Assembly (NCBI GenBank): GCA_002633005.1
Contig: NMRA01000004.1
Coordinates: 2,149,935 to 2,213,934, forward strand
Direction of reading: 5' to 3'
DNA: 64,000 nt
Source of the DNA: Phoronis australis
Lineage: Eukaryota; Animalia; Phoronida
Shown here: one piece after another, positions 27,583-41,177 of the stretch
Position numbering within the stretch: position 1 is the first letter of the stretch
Layout of the letters: each line of letters opens with the position of its first letter
Translations under genes and position numbers: made by a program
The notes under the pieces: model-generated
What the model saw: the letters and a program-made list of their open reading frames with translations, nothing else
Told to the model about the DNA's origin: nothing
Databases searched by the model: none

Positions 27583-27657
27583 TTCCTTGGTGTTCTGGTT
27601 CTCGTGATGACGCTGTCTTTAGTCGCTGGATTTTCAACAATCTTGTACAGGAATGAG
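27583..27657 (+). CDS. Tetraspanin exon 3 (TM3)
   Basis: ttttccttctag|FLGVLVLVMTLSLVAGFSTILYRNE|gtaagt; 75 nt, phase 0-0. Confidence 0.88.
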
Positions 27658-30600
27658 GTAAGTCGTTAGCAAACGACATCCAGGATCTGGGGTCCGTTTC
27701 GCGTTGATGCGCGACTAAGATTTCGGTTACTTTTTAAATAAAAATAAAAAACTATGACCTTGCGTAATTTGATGGAAAACGTGCGAAATTTACATTATAA
27801 CTCTGAAGGATCACTTTTTTTTTCTTTGGTTCAGATCCTGGGCAAAATGATCACTGCATGTACATGTACATGTATGCCTACCTTTGAATAGCAACTTGCA
27901 ATTGGTTACTACAGTGTACATTGTGAAACAGGATTATGTCAAACGAAATCTGTGGTCGCCAAAATGACGTCGAGGTCTTCGACCAAAAAGTCGTCCGTAG
28001 TAATTCCGTTCTCAAATTATTAGATAAACCTCTTCAATTTCTTTCGTAAAATATGCACCATTCCATTCACTCTCTAACTAAATTCCTTCAGCCAACGAAG
28101 AACGTTGATGATCAGATAAACCGGAGGAACCTGTTTCATGGTCCTACTAATTAGCCACTTTTTGCCGAACAATTCCGACTTCTGTCCGATCATAGAACTC
28201 TAGCTCTGGAATGCCAACTGCGATCTCGCGGTCTCTGAGGTTGTGTCGCGCATGCGTGAGAGTTCTTTGCATTCCTCTGTTGCGGTGTGTGTACTTGCTA
28301 CATGTATGTACATGTAATTTATTCTCAGTAAAGCTTTTTGTATCTCCACCGAATTGCATAAGAGCATTTGTCAGTTCTTGATGATTACAACATTAGCAAA
28401 AGATAAAAAATTATTTCATAACTAATTATCATTCCGCATACCTGACTGGTTCTAAATTCTGAAAACCAAGAGTGTCACCAAAATGCAAAATCTCAGGTTA
28501 ATAGAAACATAAAAAAGGAAATGGACGACATACATGTATGATCTATAAATGACTAGCTAAGCCATTAAGGAAATAATTTCAATGATTCAACAGATTTTTA
28601 CCCCATAAAGACAAAGGTTTTAGTTTATGGATCCTTCACACTTGCTGCGGATCATTTAGTCGGACAGGCATCTAAAATTAGACATGCATGTATTTATATT
28701 TGAGCGCGGCCCTTTATTAAAAATAAAACCACGTGAACCTAAGCGTACATCGACAGTGCAACTGGAAAACTCCCCAGACCTTTGCTGCCATTTGATACAA
28801 TTAGTCAGTAAAAATCCAGAACGCAGTGACATTTACGAAAAATGCTATAAACTACTTCAAGAATCTATCCGAAATTTGCAGATAAAGGTTTTCTGATACA
28901 TAAAAATTGGCATCTATCACGCAGTTTTGAAATGAACTGTGGATAGCTCATCACACTTGTCGCAGTGCAGGACCTTACATAAAATTTAAAAAATATTAAG
29001 TTCTTGCCTTCAGAAAGTTTGTGATCCTGATATGGGTAGTGTATGTTACCGTAAACAAGGCCCCGGTCTCTAATCGTTTTACTCTAATTGGAACTAGTAA
29101 TTATGTTTGTCATTTTCTCTTCCATTTTTGTGGGAACTCAAAATAAGTGTCTATTATTCTATGCTCGGATACATTATGACTTGCGTTGATAATTTATTAG
29201 TCCTAGTTTGCAGTTGATAAACCCAACATTAAGGCTAAACGTTCGAATTTGAACTCGAAATTTCCAGTTTTCACTGGATTTTGTAGCACGACTATAAGGG
29301 TCTTCAAGTGCAAACTTGGACTAAAAACTCCTAGACATAAATTGCACTGTATAATGTATTCGAGCACTTATCTTGAGGTCGCACAAAAGGAGCAGAGAAA
29401 CTGCCAATTGAAAACTAATTTATTGTTCGTTTCTAGTACAAAAATAAAAGACAGATCCCTCCAGAGGAATTGAAACATTTTTTCAGATTGTTATGTTACT
29501 AAAGAAAGTGGACTCTGGAAAATGGCAATATTTATGAAAAAGAGACAAGCTATTTTGTTCACTCCCTGTTGCATAGTTATCACGGTCAAGATTTAAGAAA
29601 AAAAAATGGAAAAACTTGATTGAAAAGCGGGACTTCAAGATAAAAAGCGGGATATCTGGGTCTAAGCCAAAATGTACATTTGTAAGGGCAAAATTTTCGC
29701 TGCAACACACAAAGACGTAACGACAGCGTTTTTTTTTGTCGAACGGGAGATGCAATACACAAAAATGCCTGACGGCGTTTTTGTTGTTGTTTTATAGTTG
29801 ATTGGTAAGTTGCAGCTGCTAAAAAACACAAAACGTGTCGTTTTTTTAGTCGAACGGGAAAATATGGCTATGCAGCGCGATTGAGAAAATACATTGATGG
29901 CTATGTTGCGTTGGATATTTCAATAGTATATGATAATACATGTACATGTATGTCAGTTTGGCTGTGTGTCAAAAAGCGGGAAATTTAGGAAGCGTATTGA
30001 GATGTGTGTTTGTGTGTGTGGGAGTGTTTGTGTCAGTGCCACCCACAGAAGTCTGAGTCTGCCATAAGCCATAGTGGAGAGGTCGATGTTCAGTTTTACG
30101 AAACTCACATTTGATAATGAAGAGGCAGTCACCAATTTATTATTGCACGCTCATCATGTTGCAGGCAGTCACTCTTCAGTTATCTTCAAAAGCATAGAAC
30201 CAGATGTGATGGTTTCGAGTTTGGCCCATGCAGAACTTAATCATTTCTTTAAGTATGAGCCCAGAATGTAAGAGGAGGCGCTGTTAAGACATCTATTTTT
30301 CCAAGTAATTGCATTGTATTTATCACTCTTCTTGTCTATAAACTTCAAATGAACAAAACCAAATAAAATTATCATTCAGTTTTTGCTCAGCGTTGCTGGT
30401 TTGTAAAGAATGGTTCTCTGTACCAAATTTTGCAAAATGTCAATTCTTGGACAAATTTCTCGAAAATGTTCAAGCCAAATCTTGGGAACTTTTTAGATTC
30501 GTAAATTGCATCACTTAATGACACTAAAACCACCAAAATTATTAAGCCCCCAAAAAGTAGCCACGGAAGTGATTTTCTAGACTTTCTTAGAGTTGAATGG

Positions 30601-31199
30601 ACTATGGCCTACCATCTTTTAAACTAAATCCCCTGAGGCAAAAGAAACGTGTTTTTAAGCAAAATACTGAAACGTAGAGGGATTTTAAGCAGTTTCAGAT
30701 GACTGCTTGCTACCTTTTAGCCTTTTTCTTTTTGCTATGCAGATCAGTGTTTTACACGCTTATTACCGGTGTCTGTTGGGAGTTTCAAATTATTAGCTAG
30801 ATAAAATAACTTGATGTCACTAATATACAAATCATTAGGAGTTAGATAAATGATCTATTGATTGCATGAATTTATAAAAACAAATGACAACCAAAATAGT
30901 GGAAAGATCATTTTCCTTTAGGTTAAATGTCGCAAAAATCCCATGACGACAAAACTGATTGAACTTACACTGCATTTCAACTGTACATTGAACTACCGGG
31001 TATAAAGCAGTATTTGAAAATATTAAGAAGGAACTCTAATTCCAAGCACCGTTTCTGTCTCGTTTTAGTCGGCCAGCTTCATCCAAATTTGGAAATTGTG
31101 ACCTGCTATTTTATCAGCCAATTTAAAACGTCGCAAGGCCAAATGATTTGTAAAATACACGTTTTGCAGTATCCCTTAGTGCTTATAAAACAAGAAGAA

Positions 31200-32314
31200 C
31201 GACATTTTAGACTGGTACAGGCAGTTGCCAAAATGGTGTTCAGAGCAGATTTCTGGCGTAAAACGGCCCAAGGCGCAGACACGGAAATTCCCGGTAATAG
31301 GCACTAGCCATTTCCAGGGATCCCGGATTTTGAGAATCAACTTGATACACCATAATCATCGGAAGAAAATAGTTCTCCAAATGCGGGTCCCCAGTCACTG
31401 CTGAGTTTCCAAAGATCAGTCGACCGGTTCTTACGCAAAAGTCATTAAGGATCCAGTAACCGACAATGCTTCCAGTCCAGTGGATTCACAGGGGCCTCTG
31501 GTGCATAAAGAAAACAACTGAAAGCGCAGGTAGTAAACAAAAGTGTAAAGAATTAACAATAGAAGACCAAGAGATGCTGAATGATGAGAAGAAGTCATGG
31601 GGCGGCACGTAATGACGTTTTGCTGAATGTCATCTTGGTGAATATCACCCTATGTTGTTGACTTATATTGGGGGAACAATGCAAGTTACACGATGAAGTG
31701 GAGACTCAAAACCTTGTAGTTCCCCGGAAGAGGATAACCTGAAATTCAAAGAGAGGCCAAATAAAGACGCGGGGGCTTCCAGCCCACCTTTCCATTACAA
31801 GTTGAGACAATTCAAAGGTACATGTTCGTGCTACCAGCCTTTGCGATGGATGACGAAGATGACGGTTGCTCCTTCTACTTTTGAAGCCAAACTGCAGCAG
31901 AACAAGGCCTGATCCACAATAGCTCGCATATATCTGCAGCATTTCTCGTGCAAGCCTGTCGACTTCATACGGCCTCAAAGCCGATGAAAGTTAACTAATT
32001 GGGAAATCGAATTCATTGTCTGATTCTCCAAGTACTCGAGTTTGATGCCCGTATCCAGTCTCCCTCCTGTCTACATGTTGACTGTCCAGTTCTCGTTCAA
32101 CTGAAAATCGTCCTCGTCTTCAGATCTGCTGTGTTCCGCCATTGCAATTAATTGTCAAGTGACCAAACGTATTCCACACATTACATCATTTGGCGGGAAA
32201 TAACTAATTTTTCTTCAAGGAAAAATCGTGTTTATTTAGTTATATTTTATGATATTCAAATCGTGTCAGCTCCTTGAAATCTCGAAAACTAAGAAAATAC
32301 ATGGTGGGAACTCT
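31200..32314. mobile_element. Highly degenerate Kolobok-like relic
   Basis: Plus-strand fragments EFPK and AKVIKDPVT (~31400-31465) recall Kolobok transposase C-termini. Minus-strand YP..GNY/GF-like fragment near 31705-31740. Right end GGTGGGAACTCT|TTAA. Left end not found. Confidence 0.35.
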
Positions 32315-32524
32315 TTAATGGTTGGTTTTTAATTACTGTCTATCGAAAAACATGCGTTCACGTTTACATCTTTAAAAACGTCTACAAACCCGTTTTCTCA
32401 AGAAGAAACTAAGTTTTGATTTATACAACTTTTGGCTTTAAAATTGGTCTCAACTTGTCCCCTACTGAGATAAAAATTGAGTTTAGATCCTGCAAAGAGC
32501 AGTTCATCATTGCCATTTTCGGCG

Positions 32525-32633
32525 AATAATTTGTCAAACTGGTCTCATGCAATTATTTGTCGCACTGGTCTCATGCAATAATTTGTCGCACTGGTCTCAT
32601 GCAATAATTTGTCGCACTGGTCTCGTGCAATAA
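32525..32633. repeat. 26-bp minisatellite, 4.2 copies
   Basis: Unit AATAATTTGTCGCACTGGTCTCATGC repeated head to tail with no spacers. Confidence 0.92.
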
Positions 32634-34612
32634 CAAACTGTCAGTTCTGTCCAAGCCCAGAAAACGCACCAGTTTGACTATGGAACAATTTGAAACCAAT
32701 TCCATACCGGTAAGTGGTCCAATTCGAAAGTGGTTTAATGGCTCTTAAGTGTATCAATGATTACGTTTTTTTGCTTCGTTTTATTTTTTACGGAAAGACT
32801 TGACACAGGGAAACGTCAAAACTCGAACAATTCGAGGTGGTAGTTTTGGCCAAAGGTGACACCAATTTTTTAACAAAGTTACCCCAATCTCAGGCGGCAA
32901 TTCAGAAGCAAGAAGTGATAAAAACTGAGCATTCTGTGACGCTATTTTGTTCTATTCTGTCTTATTGCTGTACCTTATGATGGCAAGTGCCTAATATCGA
33001 AACGTCGTATTCATGCTGCACATCAACGTCGTTTTTGTTTTCCACAGTAATTAAACAAGTGTACTGTTCGAAGCTTTTTCAGTGGCAATACTGATAGAAT
33101 TTTTTGCCTTTGTTTTCGAAATATTCTATGAGGCCAATGACCTTGACTTCCTCGTGCGGCTGTTAAGCAACGTGATCATCATTTTCAAGCATGCATGCAA
33201 GCTCACTTTCATTTTACTGCCTGGTAAAACAAACTTTATGACAGTTAGCATTTATATTACGAGACTATCGGAAAGCGTTGTTCCGTACAATTAGGCTGTC
33301 GTCTACCTGAGATCACTGGTAATTTTTGAGATTCAATAATTTTAAGTTTAGGATTTGAATAAATCAAAAAAGGGACGAATGACGGCGAAGAATGCAAATA
33401 CACTCGATTGTTTGCCAAAGCTCAGCATTTCTGAATACGTTCAACTCATCTCGCACTTCAGTTCAATTCTTGATTTCATTCCAAAGTGAGGTTGCTCGTG
33501 TGCTTCAAGTATTTGCTTATGTTTCTCACACCCACTGAGGACGTTAGCCTTTGGGTTTTTTCACGCCGTCTTTGTCTTTGTACTACACCTTACCTCTGTC
33601 GGTAATTTTCGCGAAGCAATGTCAATGAACGGGAATAGCTGAGATGAGGTCGCCACCTCAACTTCAGTCAAATTTTACTGAGGTCTTTGTTAGGACTCGG
33701 CGATTTGTAAAGATATCACAAAAAGCAGATTTCGTTGATTTGCCTTTGTGGTCAAGACTAATACCTTTAAGAAGTGAATCCTACCCGAAAACCCGAGAAA
33801 TCGATGTTTCTGTTCTACAATAAAACCAAAAATAGGAAACATACATGTACAGTGTACATATGTGCAGGTACTAAAATTTCATGAATCTTGCTCACAGTCT
33901 AAAAATTTCTTTCAATGTTGCGTGATTGGCTTTTATAGCCATTGCAAACCGAAGTTGGCAAAGCGACCAAGCGTGCGAAAAATTGTAAGTTTTCAGGCCA
34001 AAACCACGTCGACTTTCATGCGAGCACTACGCAGAAACAGACTAAGCACAGACTGGGTAAATAACGGTGTACACCGGAAGGACTGTATAGTAACCTGAAG
34101 GGTATGACGGGTATCTTAACTCGAAGCTAAAATTTGCCTCACTACCAAGAACTGGTAGATTGTCATAGTTACAAAAGACCCACCATGCCTGCAAGAAAAA
34201 GTACAAGGCGCCAACGAACTACAAGATTTCAAAAAATATGAAAAATCAAACAAAAGCCAGTCTCAACTATCACACCTGGAATGAATGCCAAAATGTCCAT
34301 CCAGTCTAATAATCTCAAACGTTCAAGACAAGTGGAAGTTGGGAAGAGCTCGGCTAAATTGGATAAGAAAAATATTGAGGTCGTACACACATTACCAAAT
34401 CTGGCCCCACTTCCACGTCACAATCAATTGGCGTGTAATCTTGCAGCACGAACTTCCTTTGCTGTGCGCTGGCGATCGTGAGACTGCCTGCATACTACAG
34501 TGTATGTTTGAGAATCTTAAAATGAGACCGTCGTTAGGGTGAGCTGGGAGAAAATGGAAGAGCTTAACATCTTTCCTGAAAAATGTTCATTGTGAGAAAT
34601 GAAAAACAACAA

Positions 34613-34746
34613 CATGGGCGGCGCAGCACTGAAAAAAGTGAGGGCTATATTCCCCCAGCCTCCCTGTGGTGCACTGACTATAGACCATGGGGGGCACAGC
34701 ACTGAAAAAGTGGGGTGCTATATCCCCCTATGGTGCGCCGCCCATG
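34613..34746. mobile_element. Short MITE with internal duplication
   Basis: 13-bp TIR CATGGGCGGCGCA / TGCGCCGCCCATG; CAGCACTGAAAAA..GTG.GG..CTATAT.CCCC occurs twice inside. Confidence 0.7.
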
Positions 34747-35232
34747 ATTAATAATCTCAAAGATGTACGATATTGTAAACGAATAAACAATAGAAAGCAA
34801 ATGATATATTGTTCTTGTTACCGTACTCTCTCCCCAAATTTAGTAAAACAGGGGCATTGGTTCCAGCTTGTGGAACTATTTCTGTAACAACGTTAGCACA
34901 CTCACAATCCGCCATTTCAGGTCACGTTCTTACGCCACTTCCTGTGTTTAACCACCCTTCTCGAGCCCGAGCAGATTCGTGAGCTTGAGTCTTAAAGGAA
35001 AGTCACTCAGCGACGTAAAAAGTATATGAAATGGGTAAAAAGCGCTAGGATACCTCTGCTGCCGGAGGTCGTGAGTCGAGGAGGTTATGGATCCAGAGGC
35101 TCGTGGGGNGGGGCCGACTGGGTTTTAGAACGACTCATAATATACAGCGACACGTCGCTTTCTTCTCAAGTATCTCGCGAGGTCAAAGTAACCTATATTA
35201 ATGCTCATGACACGTTATAATTTCATTTTCAG

Positions 35233-35334
35233 ATGTTGACGGCAATAAAGTCAAGACTACAGAAGTTTGTAATTCATGGCTACAAAGCTAATCACCCAGA
35301 GTTCACCGCCTTCTGGGACTACTACCAGACCGTA
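35233..35334 (+). CDS. Tetraspanin exon 4 (EC2 helices A/B)
   Basis: ttttcag|MLTAIKSRLQKFVIHGYKANHPEFTAFWDYYQTV|gtaaga; 102 nt. Confidence 0.9.
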
Positions 35335-36681
35335 GTAAGATATTGAAAATCTTGTGTAGCGAACAATAATTCTAATACGGCCATGCCGCCTGTTCGTGAA
35401 ATGCGACAAAGGGCTTAAATCATTTTTTGTTTCTTTCGCTCCATTTTGCTATTAGTGTACCACGTTTTTGTTATGAAGCTGTTCAGAAAATCGCAGTGTA
35501 TCAGTAGTTTATATGAAAACGTATCTTATAAATACAGCTGAACCTCGTTACAACGCACCCGAAGGATCCTTTGGAATGAATGCGATATAATAGTTTATAG
35601 ACACATCAGGCACAACCGCACGCATCGTGGAAATTTGTCAGCCTACGTTAATTTTTTTCACCTTACGTGACAGCGGCATCAGTGAGGAAAGGTACTACCT
35701 CTCGGAGCACAAGAGTTATGTCGCTGTTAATGTTCAGGGCTCGGACTCTAAACTCTGTGCTCGAAATCGAGCACGAAATTATGTTTGGCATTTTTTCTCC
35801 ACTTGAGCACATCATGGTTTATACACGTGACTTTCTAGTCCATGTTTGCATTTGGTGGTCCCTAGATCAGATCTACACACTCGAGTAGAAAACTCGATAT
35901 TTCGAGTTCAGACTCGAACTTTTAGCCTGAGTGATAGAGTTACTGGTGTATCACGAGTAGGATTAGACAGATATTCAAAGAAGCCATTACATGCATGTAC
36001 TCGAGCAGAGAATTATAGACACTCACCTTGAGTTCGCACAAATGTAGAATGGAAAATGACACTATTCGAGTTTCAGTAAAAAGATTAGACTGCTGGACCT
36101 GGACATGATACTGTTGTATTTTTGATAACTGCATTCAAATGGTGGCATTTACGGTTGTCATTCCGTGGCTCAGTATTACGTGATCAAAGGCGGATTCGGG
36201 GGGACGGGACCTTCCACCGTGGACGCGGAAAGTGACATGGAAATATAATTTGGCATTGATTATATTGCGGCTAATCGTGGGCCTGCACTTTGTGCGTGTG
36301 CCTGTGTTAGAGGACGTGTGGGGCAGATATCTCACAATGAAAAATGCTGCCATCATCATATTCTAGATCCGCCACTGTTTCTTTCCTATTAGTTTGCCTT
36401 TGTAATCTGCTCAAGGGACGGATCCAGGATTTTCTAAAAGGGGGGTAGGATTAAGGATTTTCTTAATAAAAATGGGGCTTCAGGTCAACAGTTTGAAAAT
36501 CCTAGATTTGATATCACTAAAATCAAGGAAAAATGCGGTCCGGACTCCTTTGACCCACCTCCACCATGGATACGCTTATGTGTTCACAAGACACCTGATA
36601 CCAATGCTTAAATAACGGCGCGTAACAAAAATTCGATTCGTAAGATGGTGAATTCAAACGTCGTTTGTTTCATTGTCTCAG

Positions 36682-36897
36682 CATCAGTGCTGCGGAGCGC
36701 TAAGTTTCAAAGACTGGGAAAACAGCCACTATACGGAGAAGTCAGTGATACAGAGGGACCATTCACTGGTGCCGTCGACGTGCTGCACCCGCGCAATCGA
36801 CCATGAGGTTTTGCAAGTCAGATTTATTGACCTGAACGCTTGCTTGAAAGACGCTAAGGGTTACACCAACGCACAGTCAAGGTATCTCAACAAAAAG
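36682..36897 (+). CDS. Tetraspanin exon 5 (EC2 variable region, CCG)
   Basis: tctcag|HQCCGALSFKDW...VPSTCC...NAC...YLNKK|gtatgc; 216 nt. Confidence 0.93.
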
Positions 36898-37437
36898 GTA
36901 TGCGCACACATTTTTTAACTTTTTCTTACGCAAAATGAATGTGAGTCAGAAATAGCTGGGCCATAATGTTTACTTAACTTTTGCCTGAGTTTGCGTGAGC
37001 CACTATGGGTATTGCCCGACAATCCTGTGTCTCCTGGTTACCGAGACCTGAAAAACGTCACAAAATTTTCCAGCTTTTCAGGGTAATTGACGGGGTGCGG
37101 CAAAGTGTGGGGAGAGCTGAAGGGAGATAAAAACGCATGCTTTTGGAGCCTCTCGTTATAGCTAAGGACATTTTTTACAAATCGTTGGCAGGTACTTGGA
37201 AGACCCAGAAGGACCGACTTTCCTATGAACCAAACCTACACGTAAAAGCAAAGGTCGCCACATATCGTCACTTGTAGAGCCTACATATAGTGTATAGTGT
37301 ACAAGGGCATTTTCCCTTCGAAAACTGGTTGTGCCCTCATAATGACATCCTAGTTTCACCAGTGCTAATGCTGGGATTAATACATAGAAGATGTTGCACT
37401 GATTGATCATTATACGTGGTATTCCGAACCATTCCAG

Positions 37438-37521
37438 GGCTGCTTAAGCCAGACCTACAAATCGGTGGATTCCGATATGGGGCATTCTGCAGGCCTTGTC
37501 ATAGCATACGGCGTCTTTCAG
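37438..37521 (+). CDS. Tetraspanin exon 6 (GC motif, TM4 start)
   Basis: ttccag|GCLSQTYKSVDSDMGHSAGLVIAYGVFQ|gtaagg; 84 nt. Confidence 0.9.
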
Positions 37522-39924
37522 GTAAGGCACGTGAAACACCCACGTCTACCATAAAAAATGCTCCAATAAATTGATTCAGATGCGCATTTCATTCCCTTTT
37601 TAGGACCTTGTCATTGAAACCAAAAAATCGTCTCTCAACAGTTTGCCCCAAAGTTACCCTTTTCTTGATAGCAACAGGTTTCTACCGTCAAACAAACTTA
37701 AAGGGTTACCAGCCAACATCAGAGTTTCTGCGGGTTGAAGAATGGAAAGGTACATTTTATCATGGACATGTTCGAACATCGATTTCGCCTTTGAGTAAGC
37801 TGTTTCTTTATTCAAATGCTAGGTAGTCACTAAAAAGAGTATGCCTCTATTACATGACTGTTTGAAACACCTTCAATGTTAGTGGTAATTCTGGTTGTAA
37901 GCGCCATGGCATCGATTGGGAAAATGACATTTTCACCTTTCTAGTACACCAATCCGGTGTTGTTTCGGTAATAAGGGGAAAGTGAACGGAAAATGTTCCA
38001 GCGACATTGAAATGCAATAAGCACTGAAAATGTGTGCTTAAAAGAGCTTGTGGTATCAAGGTTATCGTTAGTTCGTATGAACTGAATTTTGGATTTTTGA
38101 CAGTTTTTTAATTTTTATATTGTCTAAAACTTACATGTCCGTGGCAAAATGAAACTGACTTGAAAAGTGCATACAGTAGTTGTCATTTGAACCACAGCTC
38201 TGAAATTTAATTTGCCCCTAGGGCTGCTGATCAAGTAATCTGGTAGCTTAGGTCACAAATTGGCGAATTATCACACTACCAGGTAAAGCCCCGTATTCAA
38301 AAAGCACAACAGACAAAGCAGTCGTAGCGGACTTGGGTCTGATAAGCACTCATATTTTAAGAGAAAGGCTCAACTGTTGCAATACATCAACTGAAAAGTT
38401 GGTTATTTTGCGATAGGAAGTGCCCTCTGGCGTCTTTATATCGTGTTTGAGTAAAACTGGAGCATTACATGTATGTGCACCGATTTTCAGCGACAGTTGA
38501 CCAAAAGCAGCAAGTGATGACTGCAAAACTTTAATCACGTTTATCTCAGTTTATTATTTTATAGTGGCGGCAATACTTACAATTTTATTTCTCAGCTACC
38601 TTTGATCAATTTTTGCGAAAAGAAATTGAAATCTAATATAAATGAACTTCAAATCCTTGCCAGGGATTTTATTTGAATTGATTAGAACTTAAGCTATTTT
38701 GATAAGAAGTTGAATTTGACTGAATGTTGTGTATTTGCCAAATCTAAAAAACAAAGTACAAAGACATTTATATGATGATGACTTTATGGTCATAATTGTG
38801 CATTGGTGACTTAAATAAGAATATTGGAAGATTTTGAAATCTTTGACAGCATTTTTTGGAAAAGCCATCAAGAAACAATGACCTTTTGGGGAAACTTTAA
38901 ATATCTTTTTTATTAAAAAATCAGTCACTCAAAACAATGTCCTTTGCTTTTTGTCAACTTTTGGGTCATTTTTAAGACGGCATATATTAAAGTTTACACA
39001 TTTTAAAGAGGAACATAGAAAAACAAACAGTGAACCTAAAACAAACATCACAAAAATTCAAAAAACGACTTCTTTGATATTTTAACTTTGTTTTATCTTT
39101 ATATAGGAATCGAAATAAATTCAAAGACACGTATTTTTAGAGTTTTTTCACCAAGCACTTTCTTCCGTCGTATCACTTCTAATTCTGTCGCTGATTTGGC
39201 TCTGCCTAATGACCCAATTACACTTTCGGTGATTTCCGCGATTGGCCGAGCACTGCCGAGCGTTTTAAGGTCATACCGTTTAAATTGAATTCGACATTCA
39301 TTCATAGGACCTGTGAATCGAATCTGAAATGTACAAAAGTGCAAGCAATGGCTTAATACGACGAGATTTTACATGCATATTTGCAAGCGTTATAGGCAGA
39401 AGCTACTATTTATTCCATCAGTGAAGTAGCTGAATGTTGCATGCATTCAGCTTCGCTGTGTATTTAACACCCCAAAATCCCCGGTGGGACCCGGGGATCC
39501 AGGAAAACTGCAATACACAGCCAAATGTGCATTTATACCTACCATCAGACATTAGAAATGTAAACCAGAAACAACACGATACTCGGCCAGTAAACTGATA
39601 CTCGGGATTCCGGTAATTAAGAATGGCTAAGTGAATTACGATTATATAAAATAAGATCCTCAATTGTCTCCTAAAAATGAACGAAAATCACAGATTTGCG
39701 AACTTTATTTGTACAAGAAAGAGACAAGGTTCTAATTCTATTTTGCATTATGAAAGTAGTTCTACGTAGCAACATGACATAATGGCTAAATCTCATCCCA
39801 TCCCGGCCATTTCTCGACCAATCTTGCAGCGCAATTCTCTCAGCATTTCTTTCTGTGCCCTTTGAAAATTATCCATCATTTCTGTTCTGTATTTTACTTA
39901 CACCACATCCACGTTGTACAAGGT

Positions 39925-40090
39925 TGAACAAACTTTGTACGACTGACCCTGTAAGCACCATAGTCTCTCTGTTCATAGCATTGCGCTGTTGTGAAATCCA
40001 GGCCGCCTCCCTGATTCCTCGTGTGTATTCATTGGATTATCTGTGGTGGTAATCGACCATCTGTTGCATGATTTGTTGAATACGAACATA
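39925..40090 (-). mobile_element. Degenerate Penelope-like GIY-YIG endonuclease C-terminal fragment
   Basis: Frameshifted translation NHATD...TRGIREAAWISQQRNAMNRE..GAYRVS matches the recalled NHxIDW...RxIxEAxxI......MNRDxGxYxLS pattern. Confidence 0.6.
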
Positions 40091-40294
40091 CGAAGTACGT
40101 GGAAACAGCCTGTGACAACATGACCCTCCTGAGCCGGATTCGTATGATCTGATGCACCTGTGGGACAGTGTGTTTGTTCTTGTACACGACCGCGAACGTT
40201 TCTTTCCAGTCTTTTACTTTGTCTAAGAGGATTAGTTTGTTCTAGTCTCATTTGGTGTACTGACGTCGTTTGATCGCTTCGCTGTCAATGTTCA

Positions 40295-40694
40295 ATTGCC
40301 CGGTTGCATGAAACAGTTCAACTCAACTAAGTTCCTTAAATCTACTGCATAGTTGGGGTCTTGTGAAAACATTGATTGTACTTGTGTATGTTATTTGACT
40401 CTCGCCGATCACTAAGTCATTTCTTGGCTTTGTAGAAATCTTAAGATCATTAAAAATAAATAGGGAACTTTTCATGCAACGCCTCTAATTTAAGGATTAA
40501 GTTGACTGAATTAAACGCTCAGTTTGTAGTTTTAAAATATTATTAGAAAATGTCAAAGCAGAGCTCATAATAAAGATAACATGATAGAAAAAATAGCACA
40601 CCTGTAAGTAAAGAATGAAATAAATACGCAGTATACAGTATTTAGGGAATTTAGTTGAGTCCCTGTTTGGGACTGTTTCATGCACCCGGGCAAT
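40295..40694. mobile_element. MITE, ~400 bp, with ~50-bp imperfect TIRs
   Basis: ATTGCCCGGTTGCATGAAACAGT...CTCAACTAAGTTCC is inverted at ~40640-40694 (GGAATTTAGTTGAG...ACTGTTTCATGCACCCGGGCAAT). Confidence 0.75.
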
Positions 40695-41055
40695 GGTTTC
40701 TATAGCGTCTGATTGGCCAGATCGTGACTAGCGACATCTCAAGCCAGGGCGACAACAATGAAAACTCATATTCTACACTAACGTGGTCAATATTGCCGAA
40801 TGTCTATAATTGTCACAACGCTCAGGCAATCAGAGGACAGAGATATTGTAATAATATGTATCACGAAATGTGGTCCCAACTGTCAGTGAGTTTACTATTT
40901 TGCTTATACAATATACGCAGTCAGGGTGTTTAACATTTTCCATGTACTAAACCCTACGCAAAAGTGCATAGCAGCAACATGTATATTGTCTTGATTTACT
41001 ATTTCATGGAGCAGATAATGTATGCATGTGCCTGCCTATCTTGTTCGGTCCACAG

Positions 41056-41177
41056 ATATTTGGCATCGCCGCCGTGATTGTGATGATATGCTACTTAAAG
41101 AAAAATGAAATGGACACTGATGACAACATTGTGTTTGGAGACACATCAGACGAAGAGGAAAAGGACGACGAAAGCAA
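41056..41177 (+). CDS. Tetraspanin exon 7 (TM4 end, acidic tail start)
   Basis: cacag|IFGIAAVIVMICYLKKNEMDTDDNIVFGDTSDEEEKDDES+AA|gttagt; ends in phase 2. Confidence 0.87.

Noticed and set aside
32525-32633. CRISPR-like array
   Set aside because: Repeats are contiguous with no spacers, there are no cas genes, and the context is eukaryotic.
32974-33008. Penelope-type minimal hammerhead ribozyme (CTTATGA...CGAAACGTCG)
   Set aside because: The core deviates from CTGANGA and stem II does not pair; at most a decayed relic.
33082-33294. Hydrophobic ORF as tetraspanin TM3 exon
   Set aside because: No acceptor gives the needed phase 0 and there is an in-frame TAA at 33052. Exon 27583-27657 fits with consensus splice sites.
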